DNA of 64,000 bases from Chiloscyllium plagiosum (taxonomy: Eukaryota): positions 73,890,696 to 73,954,695 of the forward strand of contig NC_057712.1 of assembly GCF_004010195.1 (NCBI RefSeq), in the 5' to 3' direction. Of this stretch, positions 61,223-64,000 are shown piece after piece. The notes under the pieces are model-generated. The model was given only the letters and a program-made list of their open reading frames with translations, was not told the DNA's origin and did not search any database. Every line of letters starts with the position of its first letter. The first letter of the stretch is position 1. The position numbers and the translations under genes are program-made.

Positions 61223-64000
61223 CCCTGTTTTTGCAGTCTCAGCACTTCCTATTCCACAGCTGCCTTTAAGCATGTAATTTATCTTTACATTGATCCCAGA
61301 TCATTGGTATCCTTTCCTAAATAGATCAATCTCATGAAGAATGGCAACACCCCCATCACCCACCCCTTTTCCAACTCAAGCCAATCTGTGGCCCTTTTCA
61401 AACTTTCAAATTCCCAGAGCCAACATCACTCTTGGTAATAAATGTTCCCTATAGCAATACTTGGTATAATACACTGTTCTTATAAAACTTGCAGGAAATT
61501 TCACGGGAGATTTAATATTACACAAATGGTGATAACATACAATTCCTATCCCTGATATTATACTCAAAACACATTTTCCTGTGTAAATCTCCATGTTACT
61601 TCTCAAATTCACTTCAATTCATTTGATTGGCTGATCTGATGTGCAAATTTGCTAATGTGATTCATTCATTGAAATGGTGTCATAAACAAAATTTCATCTC
61701 AAGCAAAATTTGAACTAAATAAGGCAAAATGTTTGATATATCCTGAAACAAAAAGTAATTCACCATTACTCTTCTACAGCTTCCAGATGCTGGATCTTAA
61801 AGCAGAGATATTTGCTGTGAACCATTAGATTTTCAAATCAAGTCAGATGCCCCACTCCAAACATTTCCAGTGCACACTGTTCTGAGTATCTATCAATATC
61901 ATTTAGTTTGATACAATTCAAAGTTAAATCATGAGACAGTGGTCCTAAATAATATATCTACATCATTCTTCACAGAAGCAGAATTTTTGCTCAAATACAA
62001 CTCAAATTTTCAATCCAAAATTATGTCAAGAAGCGATGTTATCCACAGTTCCTCAGTTATCCTGGGAATTCCACCCTTTATTCTTTTTGAAATCCCTACT
62101 AGAATTTACATCAGCTGAGGTCTCATAAAAGACTTCCTGTAACGCAGCTTTATGAACCCAAAGGGAATGAATTAACAATTAAAAGCCTGACATACTCAGT
62201 CCAGACTGGAAAAGGAGTTTTACTTTGAGCACTAACAACAGAAATACACGCGCTGCACTTTTAATTTGTTCATTCGGCTGTACATAGGTTCACTCCACTA
62301 TTTCACCATCAGCGCCATCATACTGGATTTGGGGCCACAGTGGGACTAAAATGTCTTAAGCTGGTAGTCAGTGTTTGGTTTTATAGGAAACAAATTTTGG
62401 CTTCCACCTGAAAGAGATTAAGTCACTAAAGGGGTCATACTGACTGCTTGTGACCAGCATCAGAAGCATTTGAGACTGCAAGGATTATTTGAATGTTGGT
62501 AACATGTTCATGTCTTACTGAAATTCATCTGTTGTGGCAGGATGGGACATAGTCTGGATCTTATAATTAGCCTACATATTAATTCACCATTATAGAAAAA
62601 AGTAGTAACTATCAGTTCTCAGGCTTTAAGCCTAGACTTTATTCATGTACGAAAGCAGCATTAAGTTTGCAATAATAATTAATCTAATGAAATAAGTTGG
62701 TACCATATCACCATTTTTTATCAGCTCCATTTAACAATCAAAGTTTAAAGCAGTGAGTTTATATTATAAGCCATGATTAAGGCACTTGAATTAATGTCAA
62801 CTGATCTTATTTATCATGCTAATACAGTTAAACCTCTTTGCATTTGACCTATGCAGGAATAGTCATGCGATTAATTCAATTATTACATTATTATGCTCAT
62901 AACGTTCATCTTATGTTTAAAAACTCTACTAGAATACTAATACTTCCATAATGGCATTTGGAGACAGAAAGAAGCATGATGGAGACAAGTGTAGTACAGA
63001 ATCAAAATGGTATTGCTTGAGACATTTCCACTACTCTCTTGATTTTACCTCCCAAGCTTCATATACATCTGACTGAGCTTATTTCAACATCAGGAAAGCT
63101 TCTCTGAGATCTTTCAATCAAAGATAATTTTGCTTCATAATATGGATGATAAATGGACATAATATGAAACTATTCTAGTGTTATGAATATAAAAAATAGT
63201 GGTCATCCCTGTTGAAGACTAGTACTGCCTTTGAAGTAGAAAAAATTCTTGTGCTCGTGAAAGGGTACCTTTACCTGCAATCTCAGTGGCACCTTTAACT
63301 GATCTAGATCTTACTCTCTTTACAATGAGGAGTAGGTTCTGGCTTAAGCAGTTGCCTCATTATTCTGCATTTGCAAGGGATGTAAGAGGCAGATTTCTAA
63401 CAAGCTTGTATTAGAACCTGACAAAGCTAGACAAAACAAAGGTAGGCTGTGCAGAGGAGCAGCGAGACACATTTAATTCAAACAAACATTTCCTTGTGAT
63501 GACCCAGGATACCTGTATGTCTCCATGAACAAAATTTGCATCCTGCCAAATCACTGTGCTGAAAATCTAAATGAATTTCAAGGGTTTTAGATCTCCTGCT
63601 TATACTCCAAGGTATAAGCTTGGGAAATGCAGAGCATTTTCTTTCGCAGGAAATTAATTTGCTTTCCCTCCCAGACCCACATTTTCTTCTGGCTTCTCCA
63701 CAGTTCAGGAAGGCCTTTGGTGCAAAATGAACAACTTTGAAGATCACAGTCCCCATTGCAAGGACCGCACAAAATCTGTGTTTCTTCTAGCAAACTATTT
63801 TAATGTGCTGGTGCAGCACTTGAAAACCATCCAAAAAAATTCCCATTATAGAACATTTGTGAAAACTATGGGAGGTCTGCTGAGGATTTGGCAACATCGT
63901 AACACATTAGAGTAAAAGGCTTCCTTTACCTTTAAATACAAGTAAGATGATCAATGCTATATTGGAATGTAAATATGTTTTAATGTAATGATTCATCATA

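Overview
Vertebrate genomic DNA, almost certainly from a shark or other elasmobranch: it is full of HE1-type tRNA-derived SINEs and HER1/CR1 LINEs. The only host coding sequence I can support is a 176-bp internal exon of SLC35F1 on the minus strand (11605-11780), so the rest of the window is probably two large introns. The introns hold heavily nested retroelements (CR1, an L2-like LINE, Rex1/Babar, RTE, Penelope-like elements, several SINEs, a probable solo LTR), DNA-transposon fossils (Harbinger, a Tigger-like MITE) and an 805-bp assembly gap. The most striking signal is RNA-level. About a dozen minimal type-I hammerhead ribozyme motifs fall into at least four sequence families tied to Penelope-like elements. 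They include very small (about 100-170 bp) TSD-flanked insertions that are little more than a ribozyme plus a tail, one with an intact catalytic core (25657-25692). Repeat boundaries were read by eye and are approximate unless a TSD is quoted. Family names rest on motif recognition, not a database search.
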